A DNA stretch of 64,000 nt, from contig MU058153.1 in assembly GCA_013265495.1 (NCBI GenBank), forward strand, positions 808,001 through 872,000. The letters run 5' to 3'. This DNA comes from Vicugna vicugna. Lineage: Eukaryota. A program made the translations under genes and the position numbers. Positions 26,120 to 39,599 of the stretch are shown here, piece after piece. Position 1 is the stretch's first letter. Each line of letters starts with the position of its first letter. The notes beneath the pieces are model-generated. The model ran no database searches. It was not told the DNA's origin and was given only the letters and a program-made list of their open reading frames with translations.

Positions 26120-26524
26120 AAAATTTAAACCACCAAAAAGTAGGAAAATTCATGTGAGCATCAACCTGGACAATCTGTAGTAATTTCAGTGCTGTAACAG
26201 AGACGTCTCTGGTAAAGCAGGAGGAAGTGGTCACCCTATGTATAAGTCCCGAGAACCTGGAGTGAAGGTGCAGTGACTCTGTTGGGATGCAGCCCAGCTC
26301 AATCCTTCCCCTAATCTGTACATAACGTCATGAGTGTCTACGCTCTAACAACTGCCTCAGTGCACTAGAGTGTGTCTTGCTTCTCTGCTCAGTGCATAAA
26401 CTTACCTGAGACCCTAACTGATGTAGCTCACTGTCTCTCCTTGAGGTTGAGGTTTGTTTACTGCTTCCGTGTTCTAATTTTTCAGACCAATTTCACTCTC
26501 ACTAACCTCTGAAAAGACCTCACA
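26120..26524 (+). mobile_element. Old LTR-like element (ERVL, possibly LTR41-like)
   Basis: TATA-like TATAAG at ~26241, polyA-signal-like CATAAA at ~26395, ends ...GAAAAGACCTCACA. 5' boundary uncertain. Confidence 0.35.
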
Positions 26525-27957
26525 ATAGCCAGTCTTCCCCATGAGGACTTCAACAAGCATAACGATCCAGGTAGTTCTCGCTCTCATCCTTTGAGTAGAC
26601 CTAGGTTGACTGGATAATCATCAGAAGGCAGCTCTGACTAGAACAGAGAACAACAATGAAGTATGTCAAAAACAGATCCTTCTATTTAAAAAGCCTGCTA
26701 GTCACATTTCATGGAATCAAGTAATTATGTGTATTTTTTTCTAATCCAAAGGACAGGAATTGCTTTTATAAAGTGTGAATGTTTATGCAAAATGATGTTA
26801 CCTGTATATTGATTGTGACTGAGTGGTAATACTCTAATGGTCTACTTTGATGAACAAAATGGAATTATCTTCATAAATACTTAATTAAAATGAGTAAAAC
26901 AAATCCATTAGCCACAACTAATTTAAATTATAACAGATGTGAAAACTTATTGCAATGTATTATTATGTTTTTCTTTTTTCAATTACTAAATGATGAGTGA
27001 CATCTAATATATATTGAATTAAAAGAACTGTGCTTTCTTCATGAGCTAGATATTTTCAACATTAGAATATTAACATACTTGTACTATAAAATGGCTTTGG
27101 ATTTGTCAGACCTATTGATAAGCTATTTTTGGAAATTATGATGAACGATTTCAAAGATTCTATTGCTAGCGGACAATATTGCAACTTTTATGATGCAATT
27201 TTTATCATAATGCAAATGTTAAAAAATTGACTTAATAAAATCACCTGCAGCTGAAGATTTCAATCAAAACTTTCTTTCTTAGGGTATATCAGGAACTCTC
27301 AGTTTGGAATAAGATTTTCAAGTCTGTTTTAGGGATCATATAGTTAAGGGGTGTTAACTGCGTAATAGAGAAGGAAAGTCTAACAGATTTAGGTGCTTCC
27401 CAGAATCATGATGTATGTTACTTCAACCTGAAGACCTAGCTCTAGAGAGTCTTACTCAGTAATGTGAATCAAGCCTGAGTTATCTCATCCATGCTACCTG
27501 AGCAGAGGTTCTAAAATTAATTTCCTGCAGAAGGCTTGGGATTTTTGAGTCTGGGATTAACCTATAGATAATTATAAGACCATCAGGCTGTGTCTTTCTC
27601 CCAAACTCCCATTGCATGCTTAGGGTATTTTTCTCTTGTGTTTAGTCCCTGGTTTTCTGCTATAATCAGAGACCTTTCTTGACCCCCAGTTTAACTGGGG
27701 ATCTGACAGCCTACCTAATCCTTGAACCATTTTGCTCACAAGGAGGTTTTCTGGAAGCATGAGTTTTATCTTTTACCTTGATGAGCTTTTCTAACCAAAC
27801 TTATGAAGGTACAACCCACCAGGGTTGTATCACCTTTGCCAGGGGATGGTTTCTGGCAGTGTGGATAACCGATTTGGATAACAACCTGACTTATTCTGCC
27901 TTTTCTAGAACTTGGCTTCTTTTACTGCTAGTCTTCCAAATTGAGGTGCATCTCCAT

Positions 27958-28216
27958 AGCCAATTGTTAGACTGGGAAAAAGCTTCGTGGGCAGATCCAA
28001 TATATTGCACCTTTAAAATCAATAGTAAAATTGAATACATTACATTAGGGAAATTGGCCACTGAAATAGTCAAGTAGGTACTGAGGGGGCAGTGGGCATG
28101 GGGCAGTGGACATATCTCAGTGGTAGAGCACCTGCTTAGCATGCACGAGGTCCAGGGTTCAATTTACAGAACCTCCATTAAAAAAAATACTTAAAAAAAT
28201 CAAAAAGAAGAAGGCA
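27958..28216 (+). repeat. Left arm of a long-range inverted duplication (flank + SINE)
   Basis: Exact reverse-complement blocks: 27993-28027 with 41626-41660 (35 bp) and 28041-28072 with 41586-41617 (32 bp). Confidence 0.95.
28085..28200 (+). mobile_element. tRNA-Ala-derived SINE (vic-1-like), short form, with a 14-bp tandem duplication at its head
   Basis: GGGGCAGTGGGCAT GGGGCAGTGGACAT ATCTCAGTGGTAGAGCACCTGCTTAGCATGCACGAGGTCCAGGGTTCAA...CCTCCATTAAAAAAAA. Confidence 0.9.
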
Positions 28217-28344
28217 AAACATTTTGCCTGGTCTTAATTTTCTCTCTTCCTACAGTATTTAGTGAGTACCCATTACTAAGCACACACTTAGGCTACCAAA
28301 ATGAACCTAGAACGGTTGATCTTGTGGTAAGCAGCTGTGGTGGG

Positions 28345-28530
28345 CAGAGTCATACATCCAGAGTTCCTGAGTTATGATTTAGATCTGTGAATTGTTAGCT
28401 GTATAAACGTGTCAAGTCATTTAAACTCTAAGCAGCGTTTTCCTCCTGTTTGAAGAATAACCCCTAGGGAGTTTGTTTTGTAGGTTAAATGAAGTAAAAC
28501 CCATAAGTAGTCCTTTGTAATCTCTAAAGC
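28345..28530 (+). mobile_element. MIR SINE
   Basis: TTAGCTGTATAAACGTGTCAAGTCATTTAAACTCT...TGTAGGTTAAATGAAGTAA. Confidence 0.55.
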
Positions 28531-28660
28531 ATTCAGTATTATCTTTCTTATTTAGCAAGGATATTGTAAATACCCACAGTAGTGTAAGCATTATGCTAGT
28601 GCTTGCCATACAGAAATGAGATGACGTGAGCACAACCCAAAGATAATTTATAGTCCAGAA

Positions 28661-29413
28661 TGCTAAAGAAGAGTAGGTTCTTGTCTCGTCACAGAAAGAA
28701 TTCAGAGACGGAACACAAAGGTCAAGAAAGTAAAGTGAGGATTTACAAGTGTTAGTACACTCCTAAGGGGAGAGTGGGCAGACTAGGTGAGTAGCTGCCC
28801 TGAGTTCCTTTGATAAGCTGGTTTTATGGGGGGTAAAATGAATGGGCAGAATACTCACTGGGGAGAGAAGAATTTGGGGCCATATTTCCTGACTGTCACC
28901 TCAGCTCCACCTTCCTGAGGGGAGGAGGAATTTTGTCCGTATTTAGTCTTGATCAGAAGTGTCATGGGGGAGGGTATAGCTCAAGTGGTAGAGTGCATGC
29001 TTAGCGTGCATGAGGTTCTGGGTTCGAGCTCCAGTACCTCTTCTAAGGATAAACAAATAAATAAGCCTAATTACCACCTCCCCCCAAAAAAACTTTAAAA
29101 AACTTTTTAATAAGTGTCATGGCATTGGTGCATGATGTGTACGTCTAACCTGCAAGGCTAATTTTACTGTAATGAGGGCATAATGAGTAAAAGGATTCAT
29201 TCGGATACTGGAAATTCCTGCCTTATCCCACTTTCTTGGTCTGCCTCCAGGACACTTGTCAACCCAAAATGTGTGATTCCTTACCAGTCTGGAGGTTCCT
29301 GCTTTTCTTTGTCTGCCCAAGGACCCCCATTGTTCCCAAGATGGATGGTTTCCTGTAATTTGGCTCGTGGCCACCTTTCTCTGCTCGTATCTTGCTACCT
29401 GCCTGCTCTAACA
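28661..29413 (-). mobile_element. ERV solo LTR (ERV1-like) interrupted by a SINE
   Basis: GGTTCTTGTCTCGTCACAGAAAGAATTCAGAGAC...AGTACACTCC...TGCTACCTGCCTGCTCTAACA with TG...CA termini; TATA-like CCCATAAAA on the minus strand; TSD imperfect. Confidence 0.7.
28968..29111 (+). mobile_element. tRNA-Ala-derived SINE (vic-1-like), long form
   Basis: GGGAGGGTATAGCTCAAGTGGTAGAG...GGGTTCGAG...CCTAATTACCACCTCCCCC. TSD AAGTGTCATGG at 28957-28967 and 29112-29122. Confidence 0.92.
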
Positions 29414-30699
29414 GGAGGGAAAGCAGAATGGTGGCAGTGTGGTTCAATATCAGTAGTGGAGGCTTCTGTAGTCACTGGGGGCCATTGCTTGATCTTTAGC
29501 CTCTGCAGGAAGACTGTGCAAATACCTACCAGTCATTTTCAATAGCATCATCTTCAGGTAGGGAGTCCTTCAGCCCCAAGGAGTCTTGTGAAAGTAATAA
29601 CATCATTTTCCTTAAAAGCTACTTGGTTTGAGTCATACATTGGACAAAGTTCTACATTGGTAATTTATACCAATGTGTCTTACATTCTCTTCAGCAGGCC
29701 TAATTAAAGTGAGATAAGGAAAAAGCAAGGGGATAGTATAGGTTTTCCAAAGTCAGAAAAGTTTTAGGAATGCAAATGCATTTTTAAGTGCATTTAAACC
29801 TAATAGCTGGTGCCATAGATAATGAGAGTTTTAAAATTTAGAAATATGAGAATTTACATACATATATGCATATATATACATATAGCCCCAGAAATGTCTA
29901 TAAACATACATACACACACATACAGACACTTTTTTCTTTTTCTTTTATTCTGATGCCCGTCTTATTCCAAGTATTCTTTGCAAACAGAATTTAAGCTAGA
30001 AATTCACCTTGGAATCATACATGATGATAGAAAACCAGGTCTACTATTTGAAGGGCTTCCCCAAGGGACTAATGGTTTAGCTACTCAATCTACATCTGCT
30101 TGGTGTTTGTGATGGTGTTTGATGGTGACGAAGAGGTTGTGATCGTCACTTCAGCGTGTTCTGTGACTTTTGGTTGGAGAATTACACAGCGTGTTTGGTA
30201 CCGTGAAAAGCTTCCTCCCGCCGTTCTATCTAGGCTTTTGATACAATGAAAGGAGGTCAGTCCCTCAGGGTATCATTGAGGGTTATGATACAGGCCTGAA
30301 CATGATCCAATGCAGTATTTCAGAAGCCTGGAGGATTCCTTTTGAGGCTGCTTTGCACGGAGTGACTCTCCTATTTTCTCCCTGAGGTTCAATATTTCAA
30401 CTCAGTTCTCTTGAGGAATCACTGCACACCTAGCACAGCTCGGCATGCAAAAATAATGAAATGAACACTTTAGAAAGGGTGTCTTACTGTTTTCTGCATA
30501 GCGCTGCCTTGTTTCACTGCTGTGCTTTCCATATTTTAAATTAATGGTATTAATAGCTATTTATTGCAGACATTAATTATGCATGTTTTATATCCTTTGT
30601 GATACATGGTGATTTTAGAAGATGAGTGTTGAGTTGTGAAAATACATACTGTTTTGTTTCTTGGTGTTGTTTCCTTTATGTTCTTTTTCACCTCCTCCA

Positions 30700-31065
30700 G
30701 TAACCCTCCTTCTGTTCATAGCTTGGAAAACCCCTACTTGTTCTCAAGAATCTTTTTTCTCAGGAACCCATTTCAGTCCTTTCTTCCTACCAAGTTTGGG
30801 TGGTATGACCTTCCTCTGTTCCCAGAGCACCCCATCCCTACCAACATCATCGGTTCTTCTCTTTATTCATCACGTTCTTCCCACAAACATAGATTAAGTG
30901 CTTACAATGACCTAGAATATTCTATATTGAAATTACCTGTTTATGGTAGTCTCCCCCACTGTTTTATAAGTGTCTTCCATGCAGGGATCAGGTCTGATTT
31001 ATTTTCTAATCCCTGGGTACCAAACCGATTCTAGGGACAGTAGAGGCTTAACAAATGTTTGCTGT
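30700..31065 (+). mobile_element. LINE-2 3' end
   Basis: CCATGCAGGGATCAGGTCTGATTTATTTT...ACAGTAGAGGCTTAACAAATGTTTGCTG. Confidence 0.65.
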
Positions 31066-31924
31066 ACAGAGTCACTGATAGTCGCAGTGGGGTAGTTTTA
31101 TCAAAGCTAATCTAATTACCAGGGTAAATGAGCCAACGTACTATGTGTTACTATTAAATCATTTGATCGTTATGATTTGTAAGTATAGTTATATTCAAAA
31201 TTATACTCTGTGCTTTCTCTAAATAAGAAGTATGTGTACCGCAGAAAGCTAAAGTTGAAAATGGTAGCAGCCTACATGAAAAGGCTAACGTCAGAGGTCT
31301 CAGACCTGCAGTTGTTGAGAAATATACTCCACAGAATGTGTTTTGCTTGACTGTTTGATAGGCCCACACAGTGTTTTAAAGGACATAAAAGTAGGCAGGT
31401 GCTATGCTTACATAAGCACACAAACAGCTTACCACGGGCTGCCTTGCAAGCTGCATATGCTAAACATGCACTCCGTGTAGGTATTTGAGTTTGGGGCCTC
31501 TACTGTGTGCTTCACAAAGATGCTACCACATACGAACCCTGCCGCTTTGTCAGCACATCTATTCAACTGTGATGTAATTTACTGGTTTGGGCAACATTGT
31601 GCTACCAACAGTAGGCTTTTGTGTCAATTTCACAGATCATTTCCCAGTTAACATCTCTTGAGGATAAGAGAGTTCAGTGGTAAAATATCTCTTAGCAGTG
31701 TATTTCATAAGCACATACATACACACATAAATGCATATACATATACATGTTTGACACTGATTCTTAGAACGTGTTACATTACAAATTTCTCTCATAATCT
31801 TGTGTTTGCTCCAAGTCATCTCTAGTCACATCAGCAGAGGATCTTTTTAATCTCATAATAAGTCAACTTGTATGAAAATAACTTCTTTCAGTTCCAAAGA
31901 GTAAGCAGCACTTAGGTACAGGCA

Positions 31925-32300
31925 CGTGAAAGAGGGAGAAGGCATTCCCAGCAGAAGAGACCACATGAACAAAGATTCAGAACAGTAAAAAGGATTTATT
32001 TGGCCTGTTAGCAATTAGGATGTTGAATGAGGCTGGAGGAGTTGAGGTCCTACCAAGAGACTTTGAATGGCGGGGTCAAGAGTTTGGATTTGGTTCTCTC
32101 GGGGAGCCTTCTGAGTGCGTGCTTTACATGCTAAAAGCAATTCCCATTTCAGAGAAAGAGATGGCAGTACTGTGGAGGGTAAATTAAGGTCAGGTGAGAC
32201 TGGCGTTAAAGGGCCAGACGGAAAGGAATTGCTGTAGCAGGAGGCGGAGTTGATTGTCAGTAGAAGCAGAGCAAATAGATTGAATTTGAGAGACTGTTCC
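31925..32300 (-). mobile_element. LINE-2 fragment
   Basis: GGCATTCCCAGCAGAAGAGACCACATGAACAAAG...AAGAGTTTGGATTT. Confidence 0.6.
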
Positions 32301-32599
32301 TTTGCAGGTAAAACGGGGAGGAGATATAGACATAAAGCATTTTTAAAAATCTATTTTAAAAGAAAACATGTCAAGAGCTCGGCCCCATCTCCTCGCAAGT
32401 GTCTACGGAATTTTTTTGAAAGATAATTAGGTTGGTATTTGGTTTTTTGATAGGACTGAAGTGAGTTCCCAAGGTTGGTTAGACAACACTTCACTATTTA
32501 TATGTTTATCACAAAATGTAATTTATTTAAAAAACAGATGATTCTCTCATTTTAAAGACTGGCATTCCTAAGAGGGATCACCTTTGATTTAAATCGTAT

Positions 32600-32712
32600 G
32601 AATTCGCTTAATCAACAAATAGCATCTCCTCTGTGCTAAGTACGGTTCTAGGCCTTGGGCACACAGCAGTGATTAAGAAAAAATCCTTCTCTCATGCAGC
32701 CTATTTTCTTAG
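32600..32712 (-). mobile_element. LINE-2 3' end
   Basis: TCAACAAATAGCATCTCCTCTGTGCTAAGTACGGTTCTAGGCCTTGGGCACACAGCAGTGA. Confidence 0.65.
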
Positions 32713-33927
32713 ATCAAGATTCTCACTATTAACTTCAAATATGTTTTCTTGGATTTTTAATTAATATTTTAGTTTTTATAGACTGTACGTAGAGAATACC
32801 ACTGCAGTGGTGCTTGAATGCTGGGCAATACCAAGAAAATTTACCTAAATCAAAACTGTTTCAATTCACTCTCAAGAGTGATTGTGAATGAAAGATAAAA
32901 AGGCCAAAGTCCATTATTAAGAGGGAAATGTGAAAAACCCATGTCCCTTAGCATTATGAAAATTGAGTTACCAATGTTTTAATTAATCATACTGAGTTTG
33001 ACTGATTTAAGTCTTATCCTATCTTTAGGAAAATGCTTAGGATTTTCTTATGATTATCTATTTTAATAAAAAAAAGTTGTTTTCCTAAGGGAACATTTTA
33101 ATAAATAAATAAACTCACATTAATTATTTGGAGAATGATGGTGTGTATGCTCATTGTGAACACATGAAAATAATTTAACATTAGAATTATTGTGGTGATT
33201 CAACTCTTTTTTTTCTAACTGTTCTTCGTTTGGTGACCTTATTAGTCGTCTGTGTGGTAGGACATGTGAGTGTGTTATTTCATAACCTTCTGAGTGCTAA
33301 GTTCTGGATTGTTTTTTAATTAGCATTTTAATTGCTCATCAGAGTAATTGAAGACAGAGTGGGAAAATGGAGCATTCGCTAATCCCTTTGGTACCAGTCA
33401 GTGCTAAGTTTTCCCAAGGTCAAGTGCCTTCCAGTGGTACTGACAGAAGCTTGCATTGCCCTGCATTCCCTGACGCGTGGTGTGACGATGCCAGGGCTGG
33501 CATCTTGAAGAATAAGAGATGTTTTTTATTCCTTCTTTCTTCCTGATTCTTTGGTTAATTAAGGAAAAGGGGGAATTGGTCACTTCACAATGAAAAGATA
33601 AGAGACAAATGGAATATTCTCTGTGATCAAGTGTAGGTCATAGTAGAGTAGATGTTCGCCACTTTCGTTGAGAAGTGAACTTACTGGATCCATGCTGAGC
33701 TCTGTGAGCGAGAGAAATCTGACATGATTTATTCTTTATTCACTTTTTAAATAAATTACTGAATGCCTTCGATGTTGCAAACACTGGGTTGACAACAAGC
33801 TAGATACAAGTTCTAATTTTTGGAAAGCTAAAGAGTAATCATTTTTCTTATTGTATAGACCACACTGCCCCGATCTAAAGTGAGTATAAGCAAATGGAAG
33901 ACGCATCTACAAATGGATCCTAGGAGG

Positions 33928-34110
33928 AAGGGCAGCGTAGTGCAGGGGCTGAGTGCCTGGTATGGGAACCAGGATTGCCATCTATTTGCTATTTTATCTC
34001 TTGGTGCCTCATTGATGTTGTGGGGACAAAGGGATTTGTCTCAGAAGAACATTGTGAGGATTAAGTAAATCAATACTTGTAAGTGGTTTAGAATCATAAG
34101 ACATTTTGGT
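33928..34110 (+). mobile_element. MIR SINE
   Basis: GGGCAGCGTAGTGCAGGGG head and TTGTGAGGATTAAGTAAATCAATACTTGTAA tail. Confidence 0.6.
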
Positions 34111-35089
34111 AATATATTTTATTATTTTGAAAAATGAATATAGTATTATTCTCGTGTGGTGACCATAGTATGAAGACCAAGATTTCATGGCAAAATTTTT
34201 GTTGCTGTTATAAAGTAAACATACTTTTCTCAGGCCTGAAAATATGATCCAGGTCATTCTTGCCAATTTAATCTGCTTAAGTAGTCCTTGGCCAGGATGT
34301 GAACACTTTTCTGTCTCATTCATATCTTGTACTCGCCTTCTGGCTAATATTGTCTATATACCTTTACACAGAGCTTGAAAAACCCCAATATGCCAGTAGC
34401 TAAATAGGGCGCAGTTTGGCTTTCAGGAAGTATTATCTACTTTACCAAAGATGGATGATGAGGAAGATAGTCCTGAACGAAAACGGGAGTATTAAAGAAC
34501 TGATCCAAACCTAACTGAAAAAAAATATTAATTGCTTGTCCAATTATACTTATGTCATTCAAGCCAAGCATTTTACCAACTAACAGGGGATAACTGATGA
34601 AAGGCCAGTCAGTCTGGCCTGAATGGCAGACGGTTTGGGGGCAACAGAATCAACTATCTCTGCATCTTTTTTTCTTTTTAATTCCAACTTTTTTTTCTGC
34701 TGTTCAGGCTGCCAATCTCCTCTCCCTACATACAAGCCTAAAAATAAGTGCAGTATTTTTCAGTGTGGATAATCAATAGTCTCTCATTCCTGTGTTAAGT
34801 GTGATTATAACACTTTTAGAAAACTTTACTAATTTTTTTAAAAATTTGTAACATGCAGTCTGAATTAAGTCTGCCTACTATGCAAACACAATTTTAAAAT
34901 ATTTCCCTGGCTCTCTTCTCCAACTTCATCCCTGTTCCTAAGCTCATTGTGTCTAGAAAATGCTGGAGTTGCCCTGTTTAGAATTTCATTCTGTTGAATT
35001 GATAAAACACCTATAGGAATGTTTTCCCAGCATTTACCGTCTCATTATTACGTCTTCACTTAGTTTTCCAACTTTTGTAATTTACAGGT

Positions 35090-35360
35090 ATCACCTTTTA
35101 TCCCATGTAGGTCTTTTACCTTGGATGGATTTTATGTGACATCACTGCCTTTTTTCCTCACTTTGCTCATGTTTTTTTCAGGAACTTGCCCACCTTTGTT
35201 ATTCTTAATTTGAATGTATCACTTTGGGGTGTCATATAAACTGCATCTAGTTGGATGTTGGTTTGCCCACTATGATAATCTTCACCTAAGGACAGGAGAG
35301 TTTCCCCCTATTTAAATTTGTTGATATGGTTGGTGTATTTAGTTTTACATCTGTCGAGTT
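35090..35360 (-). mobile_element. Old L1M internal fragment
   Basis: ATAAACTGCATCTAGTTGGATGTTG...ATAATCTT...TTGATATGGTTGG resembles antisense old L1 near the ORF2 start. Confidence 0.45.
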
Positions 35361-37309
35361 CCAGCTTTCCATCTTCAAGGTCAGTACAAAGCAGAAGCGG
35401 GACTTGCCACCGTGTCTCCTACTGTTCAGAGTGGTTTTCTCTCTGTCTCTTTTTCTTCTGTTTATTTTATCTTTCAAAAAATCAACATGTAATTTAAGTT
35501 GTGTATAATTACACTGGAGAGTGAGGATATATGACTTTGGAATCATCCGTTCCCCCATCCGGATTTTTACATACAGACTCACGAGTCACAGTCATTTCTG
35601 AGAGAAGGTTCACCGGGGCTCACCCCCGACCCAAAGTGACTTCACAGTTTTCCAAGCCTTCTGTAGCGTCTCATTTTTCCACTCTGGCAAAAGAATACTG
35701 TTCTCACTTTGAGGCATGGATTCTGAAATGGATGTTCCTAGGCCATCAAGTTGATGATGGAGAAAGGGTTGCATTTCTGTCTTTAAAGTCCCAATAGAAA
35801 ATCTCTCCAGTTGCTTTGCTAAAGTCAAGTCATCCCCTCCTAACCTTGAAGTGTCCATTATTTTAGACCAGAGCCAGACCAGTGTGACCACTGACGGGTT
35901 ATACCCGTGTACAAAACACATCTTGTCCTCTGATGGAAGGAGGATGTATACTATTATACCTGGAGTTTCCTTTCTCTTGGTGCTAACAAAGGCCTGATGT
36001 CCTGATGCAGCTGTAACTCACATCATGATGTGCCATCCGTGACCTGACGGGTGCTTTGAAATAGAGCCCACGGAGCATCAGGGACCTCTTGCCACCCTCG
36101 GAACACTTGACCTAACTAGCTCAGAGCTCTGCGCAGTGGGCAGTTGTCCTTCCTTACCTGTGATCCGCGTGTTTCCAGGGTACTTGTAATTTTCCTCAGA
36201 TTAGAGGTTTACTTTGCTGTAAGGATAGCAACTTCAGACTCTCAGCACCCAATGTCAAACAGTGTTCATCGCAATAATCTGCTTCTATACATCCTAATTG
36301 TATATGCATTTATATACTTTATATATATTGAGAAATGTGAATTGCTTTCAATTCAGCTGTGTATATACTAATAAAAGTCTAAGCTCATAAAATAAAAGCT
36401 AGTGCAAGTGCTCAGGAAGGCATTCCTGTGGAGAGCTAAGATAACATACAGTGAATATTGACTCAGTCAACGTGGACTTTCTGAGCACACACTGTGTACT
36501 CAGCACTGTAGTGGCACCTGGAGATATTATAAAGAAGAAAAAAGCTGATTTTCTTTCAAACTTTCCAATGGAAAATATTGAGGAAAGTAAGCCTTTTTGA
36601 GTGAATATATGAAACTTTTGTTTAAAAGATTCTATGTTTACGACATGGTATGAGGTCATAGAATTCATTACATAGAGTGGATATGGCACCGTTGTGCATG
36701 GAGAAGGGTGTGGGGAGGGGACCTTTTCTGAAAGAAACAAATTCTGTTTCTTAGGCAGAAAGCAAGGGCTTTAAGGGATAGCCATGGGTATGCACGATGT
36801 GGAAATCATAGTTTCTTTATCTAAATTACAGTGTTATCACTCAGGTCTAAAAAGGAGTTCCTGCAGGGTGTTTCTGGAGGTGAGTTAGAATATCTGGAGT
36901 GGTGATTGCAGGAAAGATTTGAGTTATAGGAGCGATAACTTGAGATTTTGAAATATCAACCTTTTATCAACCAACTCTCAAAAAGTATTAAAATCTTGTA
37001 TTCCCTTAGGGTTTGATAAACTCTTTGAAATATTCCACTCAGCCTCAGCAGTGTTAAAGGTGTCTAGGGTAGGACTTTGTCTTTCTTTTTGCTTACATTA
37101 TAACTGCAGAGAAATAGAGCATTCTAGAACCAGGCTAGAGGTAGCCATGGTAATTGAAATAAGAGAAACTCAAAGGTCAGGCTTTCCTCATTTTTTTGGA
37201 GAATGTCTTCCAAGTAGTACAAGCTGTAGATTAAGAATTGAATTTCATTAATTAGATGCACACACCTACACACACTCACAAACACACAACAGGGAACAAA
37301 CAAAATGGG

Positions 37310-37640
37310 TCTGGTCCTCACAGCTTAAGATGCATGGTGAGGGACAAGTGGTAAACAGTAAGTCAACAGATGTAATTTATATGATTATAATTTGAAATCA
37401 ATGTTACCAAGGAAAAAGGGCAGAGGGCAATGCAAATCAGCCTAATTTATTTTAGGGGATCAGGGGATTCTTTTCAGAGAAAATGACATTTCAGCTGAGC
37501 TTTGATGGATGATTTGAGGATTTTAACCAGGCAGGGAATAGAGGAAAGAAGGTTCCCAGAAGGGAAAACATCCTTGTGAGGCATCCGCGTGGGGGAAGCT
37601 GCCGTGCATTTGAGTAGCTGAAGAAACCCCGTGCAGCCCT
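37310..37640 (-). mobile_element. LINE-2 fragment (continues weakly after the MLT1)
   Basis: GAGAAAATGACATTTCAGCTGAGCTTTGATGGATGA...GGTTCCCAGAAGGGAAAACATCCTTGTGAGGC. Confidence 0.7.
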
Positions 37641-37652
37641 GGGGGCCCCCAA

Positions 37653-38100
37653 GTGTTAGTTCCCTGTGGCTGTCAGAGCAAAGCACAAAAACTGGGTGGC
37701 TTAAAACAATAGAAATTTATTTTCTCCTGTCTCTGGAGGCTGGAAGTAAGAAATGAGGATGTTGGCAGGACCATGTGCTCTCTCCCAGCTTCGGGTATTT
37801 GTCAGCAGTCCTTGGCATTCCTTGGCTTAATCTGCATAACTCCATCTCTGCCTCCGTCTTCCCCCGCGTGTCTGTGTCTTCACATGGCTTCTCTCTGTGT
37901 GTCTGTCTCTGTGTCTCTTTTCTTCTTAGAAAGCCACCAGTCACATTGGAATAAGGGCCCACTCTGCTCCAGAATGCTCTAATCTTAACTTGCATCTTCA
38001 TTACACTTAACAAAGGCCCTATTTCCAAGTAAGATTCCACTCCCAGGTACCAAAAGATGCTTCAACATATCCTTTGGGGAACACAGTTCAACCCCCAGCA
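37653..38100 (-). mobile_element. MLT1C-like MaLR solo LTR
   Basis: AACTGGGTGGCTTAAAACAATAGAAATTTATT...CCTTGGCATTCCTTGGCTT...GGGGAACACAGTTCAACCCCCAGCA. Confidence 0.88.
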
Positions 38101-38197
38101 GCAGGGTCTGTAAACTCTGCTGTGGAGTTATTGTTTTATTGACAAAGGAGAATGGTTTAAGCAGAGGATTAGAGTGAGCTGACTTGCTGTAGACTGT

Positions 38198-38436
38198 GTA
38201 ATTCCATTTCTAGGACATTTTAGAAAGGGCAAAAGGCTAGGGGCAAAAACCAGTGTGGTAGTTGCCAGGGGTTAAGGGGAGGGGTTGGGGACCGACCACA
38301 AAGGAGATCTAGGTGATTCTGGAGATGGATGGAGATATTTTATATCTTGATTGTAATGTAGGTTAGTAAATCTGGATAGACGTGTACGCCTGAAAAGGGA
38401 TATTTTTACTGTGCGTAAGTGGTACCTCAATCAAAC
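38198..38436 (+). mobile_element. Old L1 (L1MC/ME-like) 3' end
   Basis: ATTCCATTTCTAGGACATTTTAGAAAGGGCAAAA...GTTGCCAGGGGTTAAGGGG...TATATCTTGATTGT...TACCTCAATCAAA. Confidence 0.75.
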
Positions 38437-39384
38437 AAGCAGAATGGACTCCGTTCAGACCCTGCTCTGGTGGGCTAGTTGAGACAAGGCTGTTGCTAGA
38501 TTGGGGGGTGGTCTGCTCTTGGCACTCAACTTTCCTGCCTTGCAGAGCCTTCCTTGGGAATCAGCTATGAATTTGTCAGCTCCTTCCCATTGTGACAGCT
38601 TGCTGAAAATAGCTTTTGGTTGCAAGATAGGTGAAGGGAGAGGTTCAGAACACGAGGCGCCTGTCAGAGGAGGGCCTGAGCGGAGGTCAGGGGAGGGGGT
38701 CTTGGTGTCAACAAAAGACGGGACTTGCACTGCTTCCCCAAGGCTTGTCACTACTCGGAATAATTAAGGAGAAGGAAAGCGAAGATGCTGAAGAGGGAAG
38801 TAGGGCCGAATGAAGTGTCGCACTGTCCTGTGTGAATCGAAGGTCACTCTGTTGGGGTGTGTTGAGGGGAAACCAGAGGCCATGGTGGGTGGGTAGAGAT
38901 CCTCTCCCTCTGCCCCAAAACGTTGCCAAGTATTAGCTGCAGAAACCTGCACTCCCTCAGCTGTGCTTTGCAATTTAAATTCCCCAGGAAAGACTCTGTT
39001 GCTGATCTAGAAGTGTTTAATTGACAAAAGAAGAAATTTGCAAAAACCAGGTGCTCTGGAAAAAAATAAATGCCTGTAATTTTTTTCTTGTCATAATCAC
39101 TTCTGTTATTGGTGTATCTTAGTTCAAACAAAGAAATATTTTATAACTTATTTTTGTTAAGCAAAAAATACATTTTTCCCCTATTTGCAGTCTTGTTAGT
39201 AGGAGAAATAATCAACTAGCACGTTTTCAAGCTATTTTATCGCCATTGGTCTCTGGAATTGGCCAAACTCTAATAAATCGTAGAGGGGTAATATTAAACA
39301 CAAGCAATGGAATATCATTTTGCAGTGATTTCTATTAAGAGAAAATATACTATAGATACACCGAAAGTCACTCTAACTCTAGAT

Positions 39385-39570
39385 CTTGGCATAGTGAAAG
39401 TCCAGAGTTTCATCCTAACCCTGTGAATTAGTAGTTACGTGATCTTGTGCACATTCGTATGTTTCTCTGAGATCAGATATCCTCCTCAGCAATATCGTAT
39501 GGAATATACACCTGCACTACCTACTTAGTAAATCTCATACTGAAATTATTCTATGTCGGGTACGTGTGAT
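39385..39570 (+). mobile_element. MIR fragment
   Basis: TTAGTAGTTACGTGATCTTGTGCAC...TTTCTCTGAGATCAGATATCCTC; degenerate. Confidence 0.45.
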
Positions 39571-39599
39571 GTCTGATACTTACTTTTCACTTCATTAAT

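Noticed and set aside
28968..29040. tRNA-Ala gene (also the similar heads at 2670, 4944, 28100 and 41490)
   Set aside because: A/B boxes are present, but stems are disrupted, A-rich tails follow and several copies have TSDs. These are SINEs, not functional tRNAs.
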